The translations under genes were made by a program, and so were the position numbers. From Eledone cirrhosa (lineage: Eukaryota): a stretch of DNA of 64,000 bases. Of the stretch, positions 50,055-62,199 are shown piece by piece (position 1 is the first letter of the stretch; each line of letters begins with the position of its first letter). The notes beneath the pieces are model-generated. The model saw only the letters and a list, made by a program, of their open reading frames with translations. It was not told the origin of the DNA and did not search any database. Where the stretch lies: assembly GCA_964016885.1 (NCBI GenBank), contig OZ024751.1, forward strand, positions 41,106,001-41,170,000, read 5' to 3'.

Positions 50055-51900
50055 CAAGGTTTAACAAATAGAGAAAAAGTTTTGAAATAAATTTTTAAAA
50101 GTTTACTGTACTTACTACATTTACCCTTACCGCGCGGTTTCAAGTCTCAAAATAAATGGATAATCCATGCGGAACACCATTGAGAAGGAGACTTTCGTCA
50201 GAGGGTTCTTCTCACTTGGAGAATATAAAATTCCAGAGTTCAAATCACGAACTGGCGCCATACAGAATTGTTCCCGGATGAGAGTGTATGATAAGGAAAC
50301 AATCTTGTCTAGTGCCGTGTGTAAAGATAGAAGGCAAGGGCGGAAAGGTCAATGTCCTGCCACTAGAAATAGCAGCAGTTAAAACGACCAAAATGTTATC
50401 TCGACCTTAGGGGAGATTAATAATAATAATAAAGTATCTTTTCCTACGTGCAAAAAATGCATATAGGGACACATGTATTATCCAACCGTATGACAATGTG
50501 GTTCTATGGCAGGTTAATAAATTAACGAGCCAGAACATATATAATCAAGGTTTAGCAAATAGAGAAAAAGTTTTAAAATAAATTTTAAAAAGTTTACTGT
50601 ACTTACTATATTTACCTTTACCAAAAGTCTCAAAATAAATGGATAATCCATGCGGAACACCATTGAGAAGGAGACATTCGTCAGAGGGTTCTTCTCACTC
50701 GGAGAATATATATATTGTATATGTATATACATGGGTCAGCTGAAAAATTCATAGGCTAACCAAGATACTCTCATGGAATGACCAAATGAAGTTTATTTTT
50801 CAACATAGTCCCTGGAAAGAAACAATGCAGTTATTAATAAGAAGTGTTGAATTTCATGCATCCAAGATTTCACAGCTCTAGCATCACGCCATCATAGTCA
50901 GCCTATGAACTTTTCAATCGACCCTCGTATATATTTCACATTCTTTATGTTTTTACTGTATTTAATAAATTATTTTTTGCTTTTATTTTCTTAATTTAAT
51001 GGTTTCTTCTATTATTTTATTGGTTTCTTTATGTATAATTTATTACACTTATAGTATGTCTGTAATATATTTAATAAATTATTTTACTATATTCCATCCA
51101 GGTTTAATATAACGACAGTATCGAAATTTCAAGAATCCCGAATGTCGCCAACAATTAATGTAGTTTACTGTAGTAGTTTAGATAATTTGAATGTTACTGA
51201 CAAAATAATGTCAACACACAATGGCTTAGAGAGGAGTAACTGTGTATTTAATCAACACGAGAAACCTGATTCAATGAAAATAAAAAAAGCAGTAAATTCT
51301 TCATCAAATCAACCAAGTCAATTTGTGACTTCAAATTTAAGTTCTTCCTCAATGGCATTCCAATCTTCCAGTCCATCTAGACACAAAAACAGTTATAAAC
51401 CATCACATATTATATCTGACAGAAATTCCTCACCAGGGACCTCGAATGGATCAAGTAACGAAGCTATAATATCGAAAGATATGAACAAAGGGGAGCAGTC
51501 CGTTACTAAAACTTTAAATAGTTTTACAGGCCCTAATATTTTAGGACTGCCTGTAGTTGATGGACAACTCCAAACCGACGACAATTGTTCTGTTAATTCA
51601 TTCACTTCTGTCGAGACTTCAGGCTCGGATCGGAAAAAGATGACTGTTGCAGAAACTGTTGAACAGTATTTCCTTCAGTGTAAAAGAACTAACGTATCCG
51701 TAGATTCTAATGACGAAACAGCTCTTTCACAAGCAAATGAAAAGAAACCCTCAATTTTAAGTGATAATGATTCTACTAACCCAACCAAGCAGAATCTGAA
51801 CCCCCCTCTGAAACAAGAAAGAGCTTTGTCTTCTGGAGCTGAAGGAGTAATCAATTCCTTGAAATCAGATGAAGAGGGAGATGACACAGTTTTAGAATAA
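37559..51900 (+). CDS. CEP97: CEP97-like centrosomal protein (IQ motif, coiled coil, FN3, Ser-rich tail), about 698 aa; exons 37559-37571, 39612-40018, 42235-42340, 43086-43230, 43844-43919, 44689-44808, 45763-45835, 46959-47030, 48023-48211, 48765-48861, 51102-51900
   Basis: All intron phases are compatible (2097 nt, one GC-AG intron). AATCIQAAWRGYYCRN...ELRNQRAEKHI..L..DLQR resembles the CEP97 IQ/coiled-coil block as I recall it. FN3 pattern PKNFSV..ISKNSVVLSW...GYKIYVNG...VSNLNP..SYKFNI. The 5' end is the least certain part. Confidence 0.75.
38952..39044 (+). pseudogene. Possible decayed LRR exon of the CEP97-like gene
   Basis: Pyrimidine tract plus tgtag acceptor and AAG|gtaggt donor; reads KANCLDEKS*IGPPPNSIDVVFNLSHFSKLK, with stops in all three frames. 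Confidence 0.4.
41244..41324 (-). ncRNA. Minimal type I hammerhead ribozyme
   Basis: GTTGT-CTGATGA-tGTGGCA...TGCCATt-GAAA-TACGTA-TC^ACAGC. Confidence 0.75.
44045..44478. repeat. 48-bp minisatellite, about 9 copies
   Basis: Unit agtggtagtgctggtgccacgataaaatgcacccagtacactctatat. Confidence 0.95.
44915..45098. mobile_element. piggyBac-type MITE copy
   Basis: TTAA|CCCATTAGCATTTA...CTAAAGGG|TTAA. Confidence 0.75.
46400..46590 (+). mobile_element. SINE family B, full length
   Basis: TGGCAGTATCGG A-box, GAGTTCAAATCCC B-box, ...GGCCTTGTGCCAAAAGTAGAAACAATTA tail. Other copies at 58418-58608, 61170-61325, 40065-40280, 56840-57012(-), 55015-55115(-) and 6217-6480. Confidence 0.85.
47431..47934. repeat. 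63-bp minisatellite, 8 copies
   Basis: Unit tcagcagaaggggttggtactcaaagcagagagccagggtcctgcatcataccaggttctcag. Confidence 0.95.
49472..49787 (+). mobile_element. SINE family A inserted in (TA)n
   Basis: Matches 8390-8723 with a deletion through the B box. Confidence 0.85.
49923..49977 (+). ncRNA. Minimal type I hammerhead ribozyme
   Basis: ACTGC-CTGATGA-GGTcATAGC-loop-GCTATcATC-GAAA-TATATA-TA^GCAGT, followed by AATAAA. Confidence 0.8.
50051..50710 (-). mobile_element. Non-coding retroelement with ~175-bp hammerhead-bearing direct repeats (retrozyme or Penelope pLTR-like)
   Basis: Direct repeats at about 50051-50227 and 50542-50710, flanked by TA-rich tracts, with no convincing ORF. Confidence 0.7.
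50123..50206 (-). ncRNA. Minimal type I hammerhead ribozyme
   Basis: ACCCT-CTGACGA-AAGTCTC...GAGACTT-GAAA-CCGCGCGG-TA^AGGGT. Confidence 0.85.
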
Positions 51901-52539
51901 TTACAATTATTTTTCAGCTTATGTGAGTAATTTAAATAAATGGTGAGTAATTTTGAGTAAGCTGGTTATTAATTAAATCATTTCAAAATGAACCCTAATG
52001 AGTTTGTCTCGTTTTCCATCAATCTGTTTGATCAAAGGTTTGATAGATCCTTTTTAGATTGAATCTTGAGTTCAGAAAACTAACAAAACAAAAACATTTT
52101 GAATAAACTTGGGGTACATACACACATATATATATACATATATATGTATATATGTATATATATATAGTAATAATAATAAATGTGTGACTAAAATCCAAAG
52201 AGGGCTCGATAAGGATAAATATATATCAAATATATAAGAACCCTAGAGCAAATATTTATTAAAATCCCGTTAAGGGTGAAAGCAGCGATTCTTTGCTTAA
52301 ACTTTAATCTGTTATTTTAATATATATATATATTATGTTGTACATTTGTGTATTCTAATATTTGATCAACAGCAATATATATATATATATATAAGGTAAG
52401 TTATTCCGGGTTGAATCGGAGGTAACCACAGTAAGTAAGGTACTCAATACATAGCAGAGTATAAAAGTTTTAATATAGAAGAGATTCTACAGGACTAGAA
52501 CTGTTTCATTCGTGAGAAATCTCTTCTATATTAAAACTA

Positions 52540-52592
<53 letters not shown>

Positions 52593-52954
52593 AAGTGTGC
52601 AAGTCGTTAGAGCGTCAGATAGAATGCTTTGCGGTATTCATTGCGACTCTATGCTCAAAGTTCAATTCCTGTCAAGGTCAACTTTGCCTTCATCCTTTCA
52701 AGGTCAATATAAAAAAAAGTACCAGTTTAGTACTGGGTAGAGTTTTTTCTCAATATCTCTTTCTCACTTTCTCTCTCTATCACACTCTCTCCTTCACTGA
52801 AAGAAATCAGCTGGAGAGATGGGCTCCACCAATTTTTAAAATGCCCAAGAAACGTTGCGTGTTACTCTGGTGTCCCCTACAACTCCACCAAAGAGCTGAG
52901 GGTTCACATATCATCATGTATGATGTAACCTGCGATTTTGTTATGAACAGGAAG

Positions 52955-53579
52955 TTGGAATAAAGAGCCAACATGAAATTTTGTGTTCAACTTGTGAAGT
53001 CTGCTATAGAGACATTGATCATTCTTCGGCAAGCTTACAGTTAATTATTTGTACGAGTTAATTGATTAATTAATTCGAGTGGCATGAACGTTTCAAAAGC
53101 GGAAGAAGGTCCCTGAAAGATGATGAGTGATCTGGAAGACCTGCCACAAGCGTCACTCCTCGGAAATGTGGAGAAAATTAAACAGCTTGTGCATGAGGAT
53201 CGTCGAAGGACAATCAACGATATTGCTGATGTTGTTGGTCTGTGTAGGCAATGCTAACATTTGTCCCCCGCCTGTTGACCACTGAGTAGAAAGAATATCG
53301 CGTCGAAGTCTGTCAGCATTCGCACCCGCCCTATTCACTAGATTTGGCACCTGCGGTCTTCCGTCTCTCCTCTAAGCTGAAAATGCAGCTCAAAGGTTGC
53401 CGTTTTAACACCGTTGCCGAGACGAGATCCAGAGCGAATTGCAGAGGTCCTCGACTCGTTTACGGAAAACGATTTCCAGGCCGGATTCAAAAAATGGCAG
53501 GAACGCTGGGACTAGTGTATGCTTGCGCAAGGTGACTATTTCGAAGAAGATGGTGATAAAAGTTAGATAAATATATTAG

Positions 53580-53610
<31 letters not shown>

Positions 53611-53650
53611 AACGTAACTAGACCGGGAACTTTTTTTTATACCACCTCGG
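52955..53650 (+). mobile_element. Degenerate mariner transposase relic
   Basis: Broken motifs RANMKFCV, EWHERFKSGRRSLKDDE*SGRP and PPYSLDLAPAVFRL..KLKMQLKGCRF (YSPDLAP-like). Confidence 0.85.
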
Positions 53651-56600
53651 ACCCATGCGACAGGCTTCATGAACATCATCTTTTCCGTTCCCTTGTCGTT
53701 TTGATTTGGATTGCCTCGAGAACGTAACCTCATTATGTAAGAATCTGTCTGATGAGATCACGACACTGGTTAGGCGGATCGCTTGGCCACTGTCGTCATT
53801 GAAATAGCCTTATCAATAAAGGACTTTAACATCTGAAACTACTTAGCATTTTCTTATTCTATATATACATATGTGTGTGTGTGTGTTTAACACTAAAGGT
53901 GATCTAAATGACCATTTTTTGTTTCTTATCACAGATTAGCATCTTCACCAATAACTCGTAATTCTGTAATTAGGAACAAATAATGCTTTCATTTAGTTCA
54001 CATTTCTCCCAGAATTTGAAAGATCCTTCAGTTAGATTGCAAATATATCTATACTGGTCTGTCGTAGTGTAACACATGTATATTTTTGCTACACTTAATA
54101 ATAAAGTATTTCCCTCACCCCCTTTTAAAACGAAAATTAACTCATTTATATCCGTGTAAATCATTTTAGCGTCTCTTGAAACAGATAAGCTCTACGTAAT
54201 ATCTGACAATAGATATATCTGTTTTTTTCCAGCGTTCTTATGGCTATTATGAACTGATTAAATTACTATTTATTCCGAGTTTATACTATAACTGCACCTG
54301 TTGCACCACACACAGTTGCAATCAATACATGTACTGATCCAATGGAACCGTCTCTCTTGTACTGTGTTGTTCTTTGTTAAATATGACATTTTTCATTAGT
54401 TTAGCAAATATGGTTAGGTTTTTGTAATTATCTCTCTCTCTCTCTCCACACACACACATATATATACAGAAAGATATATATATGTTGTTACACATAAAGC
54501 TTTTAGGCACGCATGTATATGCTGTTGCACCCATTAAGTCTATATGTGTCTGCATATATATATATATATACACACACACATATATATATATATACAGAGA
54601 GAGAGAGAGAGCCCTTTTAATACCATCCCGCCCCAAACCATCTCTGCTTCTTTGGAACGAAGTCACTCATTTTAAATGGTTTTGATTTAAATTAACATCT
54701 CCCAACATAAAATTATAAAGAACCGTTTATTTTAGGAGTACCATCTTAATAATTGAAATAATTTTAGTAAATCTCTCCGGACTCTTCATTAATTAATCCA
54801 AATACGAAGTATTTTATTAAAAATACGAAATGAAAGGGTTAATGTTCAAATTTCGCCCAGATAACATTCATTTTATGAGGAGGGGTGGGTAAGTACTTGT
54901 CATAAATTACAGTTATATTCTCCATGTTTTCCAAGATGGCTTCATTCCGATGACTAAAACCTGTAAAATAAAATACAGAAAAAGAATGCAAAACTAACTC
55001 TAGCATAATATTCATAATTGTTTCTACTTTTGGCACAAGGCCAGCAATTACTCAGTGCATTACTGGTACTTTATTTTATCGACCCCGTAAGGATGAAAGG
55101 CAAAGTTAACCTCGCATAATATTCATAATGACCACCAACCTCCATCAAGGGTTATATTTAGAATAACCACTCCACTTGCTTCTAAATCCTTTAATAACAA
55201 TTAAACTCTCATCAATTTGGAATCTAATTGATTAAGTTAGAGCTCCATTGAAGAAGAAATACAATGTTTTTGCAAATTAGAAATTAACGCTTTAACAAAT
55301 AAGAGCGGATGTTTAGTTCTCATTATTCTAAACAAATAAAAATCCCCACTAGAGTGAATAACATTTGGCTTAAATAATTTATTCTTTAATTTTGATGAAG
55401 CGAAAAAAAAAAATTTTGCGGGATGCTTTATCGATTGAAAACACTGGATATTTGATTTCTGTCTCAAATCTATGTTTACACTCAATTGAGTCAGAAACGT
55501 TGGATTAGTGTGAATATATTTCATGCACAGAACATCAAAATCTAAGTAGATAGCGTTTTGTGTCGAGAATAAACATTAGCTTATGACTAATAGTATTTTA
55601 AAGACTTTGGTAATTATTGAAAATAGTGTTACTCTTTTGTTAAAACTCACAAATGAAGAAAAGTGTATACTTCAGAGTAATATCTAATTTACAGGAAGTA
55701 GAAAGTTGATTATCTTACCTTCAGTACTTTACTGGTACTTTATTTTATCGACCCCGAAAAAATGAAAGGTAAAGTTGACCTCAACATGATTTGACTCAGG
55801 TTGTAACGAGCCAAAAAATACCGCTACCAGACCTGTCAACTCTTCTCGTCAGACAGGGAGATCTCCCACCCACTTTGGGGTGGCTGAGAGGTGTCTTCTC
55901 TTGTGAAAATGGGGGTACTTTTTTCATGGTTCTCCCCATTTGGGTTTTTAAAGGTTGGCAGGTCTGCGCTACGTATTTATCCGATGCTCTCACGATTTTG
56001 GAAAGCCCCTCCCCTTCCTCGTCTTCTAAGCTACTTCAGAATGATATAATAATTTCAGGTTTCTACCATACATAATCGTCTCTTTATTGGTTTCTGTGTG
56101 ATCAGACGAATACCAGTAATATTCTCGGATTTCCTAACTAAACCAAATACGACTCTTACGCAAATTCAGTTTTACGTCAATGCTAAAAATCTTCACTTGT
56201 AATATTCCACCCAACTCCTGACCTTCAGAACAATAACATTTGTGAAACCACGTATAAAAGAAAACAATAAAAAAAGTAATTTAAGCTAGCCTAGTCTCTC
56301 CAATTGTACACTTTAGAAATACGAAGTGTTGTTACATTAAGAGGCAGATGTATTAAAACAGCTTTTTATACCCCAATATCTATTTTTTCCTCAGCTTTTG
56401 TATTTATTTGTAAGTGGTAAGATGTTTAAATATATCTTGGTTGTTTTAATGCTCGTATTGATATTTCAGCTTGGTTGAATTTTAAATTCAAAATTTGGTA
56501 AAACTCATTTAGTTAAATAATTCCAATTCTGGAATTGACATGATTACACTAACATAAAAAAGTTATTTTTACTATTATAAATTTCATTTATTTTCAAAAG

Positions 56601-57517
56601 AGAGAACAGATGTTGAAAGAATGAATTATATTTTATAACCATTAGCTACAGCTTAAACGTTGAAACCATTAACTTATTCTAACGTTTATTTTTTATAGAT
56701 CTATCGATTTTTAGATCTATATTTCTGCTTCATTAAAATCAAAATTATATTTATTGAGGTGTAATAAATGATTGAAGGAAAAAATATCTATATTTAAAAA
56801 TTAAATTTTGTACGAGTGGTTGAATTATTGAATATAGGAGAAGGGAAAAGTCGATTAAATCGACCCCAGTGCATTGCTGGTACTTTATTTTATCGACCTT
56901 GTAAGGATGAAAGCAAAAGCTAATCTCGGCTGGATTTGAACTCACAACATAAAAGGACGTAACTCTATGTTGCAAAGCATGTTGTCCAACGCTCTACTGA
57001 TTCTGCCAATCCAGTGGAGAGATTTTACGACCAAAACCAACGGGTAGGAAACCCCGTGGTACACTACAAGCAAGATGGTTGGATAACATCCATAAGATCG
57101 GTTGGTCTTTTTTGGGGCTGCAGCTGTATTGTTTGGGTGAAGAAGAAAGAAAGATTCGGAAAGTGTGTAGATCACTGTCGTATGTATGTATATATATATA
57201 TATATATATATAGGAATGAGTAGGACCCCGACGGCTGAGCTCAAGCCGTTTCGACGGCTAATTCTGGACTAAAATGTGGACTATTACCCACTCTACTACC
57301 CTAAGTATTGAGTACTTTGGTGCGTTATGGTCCACCAGGTTCCTTACCACGTTTCCTTTGTTATATATATATATATATAATTATGAGAAACGAAGCAGGC
57401 TGTGTGGCTACTGTAAACAAAGTTTAAGATGGTAATATGTACGAAACAAGAGAAGAAACCCTTCATCAGCTGTTAACTGCAGATCATAAATGTTTCGGCG
57501 CTTAAAACAGGACATCG

Positions 57518-57621
<104 letters not shown>

Positions 57622-57773
57622 CGAAGGAAGTGTGGTAAGTAACCAGATGGACCATAACGCACCAGAGGAATATACAAAATCCAAGTAGAAGATGCTAAAT
57701 GTTTGGTCGCCCTCATGTCTCTGATTTTCAGCCCCATGGATTTTGTATATTATATTCCTTTGTTATATTTCGA

Positions 57774-57831
57774 ATACCTGATGATGTCACCGGATTCATA
57801 CTGAACCCGGTCATTGAAATGATCATAGTAT
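57774..57831 (+). ncRNA. Minimal type I hammerhead ribozyme
   Basis: ATAC-CTGATGA-tGTcACCGGaTTCA-tac-TGAAcCCGGTcATt-GAAA-TGATCA-TA^GTAT, followed by AATAAA. Confidence 0.75.
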
Positions 57832-58986
57832 AATAAACCTTTTAAGGTATTACACCAGTCCAGCCTCTTGTTATTTTATAATAATTAACTCCGTACTCGC
57901 ACCACCAACTACACAAACGAAGACGGGTGAGTTGCATTACGTTGAGTACTCTCCATAATATTACATCGAGATTGACCATACGGAATGACCAGTTCTATCC
58001 AGTGGTGAACCAACAAACCTAAATATATATATATATATATGTACGTTTAGTGAACATATGTGTATTTACATGTAGTTGTGTGTGTGCGCGCGTTATATAC
58101 GTATTTATGTGCGTATATTTATATACGTTTATATAATTATATGTATACGCGCACGCACACACACACGTATGTATATTTTTTTATATATGTTTTATGTGTA
58201 TTTGGTGTATACGTTCGTATGTGTGCGGGTACAGGCGTTGCGTGGGCTTTTGTATGTGTGCGCGTGGTTTTGTGTACGTGCCTGTATTTGCATACCCATG
58301 GCGGGTGTTTTCGCGTATGCATGTGTATGTACGTATATGGATGTGTGCATGTATATATTTAATTATTGTTGATTTCAATAACCTCTGTAATTTATTTACA
58401 TTATTCTTAACTCTGAAGGCGGTGGATTGGCAGTAACAGTAGAGGGTCAGACACCATGTTTTGACGCATAGAGTTACGGCCCTTGCCATTCTGAGTTCAA
58501 ATCCCGCCGAGGTTAACTTTGCCTTTCATCCTTACGGGGTCGATAAAATAAAGTACCAGTAATGCACTGAATAATTGCTGGTCTTGTGCCAAAAGTAGAA
58601 ACAATTATTCTTAACTCTGAAGCCAAGAATCATTCGGTTTCCTAAATAGAATTTTAGTCTACAACTTCAGTTATACGACTTCAGTTATACCATTAACGTG
58701 GTTTTGTCTTTGCCTGTAATTGTTTTCACCGTTCCAAATAATGACGTATTATGCTCGTTTTTTCCCGTTCTTTGCCAGGGAACGTTTCCACGAATCAAAG
58801 TATCGTCGTCCTGTCTTCCTTCGGTGGCAACGTTTTTCGAAATATTTACTTCTGCGTTTGCAGATTGATTTTTTAGTTTCAGAAGATCCCGTTAAGGGTG
58901 AAAGCAGCGATTCTTTGCTTAAACTTTAATCTGTTATTTTAATATATATATATATATATATATGTAAGTATGCATGTACAAGTATG

Positions 58987-59762
58987 CTAGTACATCGTTC
59001 CTGTGTCAGTGTTGAACAAAAAGGTGACGTGGTTGCCTTAACACCGTATGGCATAAATTCAGGCTGTTCAGTTTGTTTACAAACGAACAAAGCGACGTTA
59101 GCGCCGCTAAACTGATACGTGCATATATGTATGTGTACCTGTATGCATGTGTATGTATATATGTATGTGTATATATATATGTGCATGCTACTGTACGTCT
59201 GTATGCGTATATGTATGTACGTATACATGCATACTTACATTTAAGTAAGTGCCATACTAAGAGTGAGAAATGAAATTTCGTTTTCATTTTGTTTCAATTT
59301 ATCGTTTTCGGTATGCCTGACCGATTTAACTCACTCAATATGCAAATTAGGCTGCTCAGCCGTTAATTTTCATAAGGAAAGTATATACTTTCGAACGTTC
59401 AACTATCTGGCAGATGGGTAAACGGTGCTGATGATAGCTAACAAGCTTGAAACTAGTACATCGTTCCTGTGTCAGTGTTGAACAAAAAGGTGACGTGGTT
59501 GCCTTAACACCGTATGGCATAAATTCAGGCTGTTCAGTTTGTTTACAAACGAACAAAGCGACGTTAGCGCCGCTAAACTGATACGTGCATATATGTATGT
59601 GTACCTGTATGCATATGTATGTATATATGTATATATATATATATATGTGCATGCTACTGTACGTCTGTATACATATATGTATGTACGTATACATGCATAC
59701 TTACATTTAAGTAAGTGCCATACTAAGAGTGAGAAATGAAATTTCGTTTTCATTTTGTTTCA

Positions 59763-59768
<6 letters not shown>
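58987..59768 (+). mobile_element. Retrozyme-like partial tandem repeat (466-bp period, about 1.7 copies)
   Basis: 58987-59302 is nearly identical to 59453-59768, and a hammerhead spans the junction. Confidence 0.75.
59421..59465 (+). ncRNA. Minimal type I hammerhead ribozyme
   Basis: AACGGTG-CTGATGA-tAGCT-aaca-AGCTt-GAAA-CTAG-TA^CATCGTT; 7-bp stem I with one G-U pair. Confidence 0.85.
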
Positions 59769-59820
<52 letters not shown>

Positions 59821-60125
59821 GATATATCTTTATATATATATATATACCGCGTGGCTAAGATCTTATAAAATTAATTTAAAGAAAAGGTATGACTCGCTGA
59901 AAGGAATGCTTGACAACTCTTCCCCCACGGCCCTCTCTGGAATAAGTGCGCGTGAAGAAGTGGGTGTGTGTGTATATATATATGAGGGCGCGTGTATGTA
60001 TGTGTGTGTGTGTGTTCTTTATATGTTTGGCTAAGTTCCAACAAGTCAAGCAGAAAACCCCTTCTTCAATTCAAATTGCCATCTTCAAGAATTTAATTAC
60101 TGTTTCAAAGTTCAGACAAAGTATA

Positions 60126-60168
<43 letters not shown>

Positions 60169-60204
60169 GGTGGTGGTGGTGGTGGTGGTAGTAGCAGCAG
60201 CAGC

Positions 60205-60237
<33 letters not shown>

Positions 60238-60259
60238 GGTGGTGGTGGTGGTGGTAGTG

Positions 60260-60294
<35 letters not shown>

Positions 60295-60370
60295 AGTAGT
60301 AGTAGTGGTGGTAGTAGTAGTAGTAATGGTAGTAGTAGTGGTAGTAGTAGTGGTGGTGGTGGTGGTGGTG

Positions 60371-60412
<42 letters not shown>

Positions 60413-60430
60413 ATAGTAGTAGTGGTGGTG

Positions 60431-60490
<60 letters not shown>
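60126..60490. repeat. (GTA/GTG)n compound trinucleotide microsatellite
   Basis: Directly visible. Confidence 0.95.
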
Positions 60491-60574
60491 AAACTCACCA
60501 TGTCGTTTTATCTGCAACGAAATAATTATACCCACCAACAGGTATTGACAGCTGCCGTAGGTGTTTCGTAGCAC

Positions 60575-60810
60575 CCATCACACACACCACCACCATCGCC
60601 TACACCATCGCAACCAACACTACCAACACTAACCCCCCCCCCCCCCCCACCACCACCACTACCACAATCACGACCCCCCCCCACGACCATCACCACCAAC
60701 ACCACCACAACACCACCACTACCACCACCACCACCGCCACCACAGCCACTACCACCACCACCACCACCGCCACCACTACTACCACCACCACCACCACCAC
60801 CACCACCACC
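60575..60810. repeat. (ACC/ACT)n-rich low-complexity tract
   Basis: Directly visible. Confidence 0.9.
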
Positions 60811-61889
60811 AATTAAATGAGCAAGAAATAAAAAGAATGGAGGAGGTAAACATAGATAGAGAGAGGGGGGAAAAGAGAACGAATGATAGAAAAAGCTAGG
60901 TGAGGCACATGAGTGGAAGTAAGAGGTGTTAATAGTATGGGATATAGGGGGGAGGGGAGGGCTGAAAGTGAAATTACAATGATTGACAAGATATACCGAA
61001 GCCAAGTGGCAACAGTAGAAAAGATGTGGCAATTGTCTTTTGTCCGTGGAATTATTGATGTCTCTTATCCCGAGATCGATAAAATAAATAGCTAAGTATT
61101 AATCGATATAAGTCAGATGCCCCCTCCCATTAAAAAAATTCTGACCTTGTGTCTATGTAAAATATCATTATTGCTTTGACGCATAGAGTTACGGCCCTTG
61201 CCATTCTGAGTTCAAGCCCCGCCAAGGTTAACTTTGCCTTTCATCCTTACGGGATCGATAAAATAAAGTACCAGTAATGTACTGGGTCATTGCTGGCCTT
61301 GTGCCAAAAGTAGAAACAATTATTGATCGAAATGTCATTAAGTAAAAAAAAAACGAAATTTTAATTCAATAGAAAATAGAAGAAATGTGATCCGAAAGGT
61401 AAAAGGAAAGACGCAAATTATTTGATTTGCTAATGTGAGTAGTCAGCGTCTAATTTGAATTACAGGAGAGCTCAGAATATAAATAATTATAAGAGATCGA
61501 GAGATAAGGGAAACAGAAAGAATAGGAAGCATGAAGAGTCAGAGAGATTGGAAAATAAAGAATAAAAGAAAACACACACACACATACAGACACACACACA
61601 CATACACACACACACACATACAAATAAACAAACACTGACATACATACGTATTTACCTAGTTGATGTCTAAATTCCAGTGAAAGAGTCTTGTTTCTGGTAC
61701 TATCTTTATTGGAGAAAATTTACAAAATATTAAAACTAGAGGAAAACACATACGAGGTACACACAGACGCGCGCACACACACACACGCACACGCATACAT
61801 ACATACACTCACACATATATATATATGTATCTGTGTGTGTATGTATGCATATGTGTATGAATATTTGTGCATATGTATGTATTCATTTA

Positions 61890-62199
<310 letters not shown>

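Noticed and set aside
58987-59768. TRIM/LTR element interpretation of the direct repeats
   Set aside because: No TG...CA ends, PBS or PPT; the hammerhead at the junction explains the structure better.
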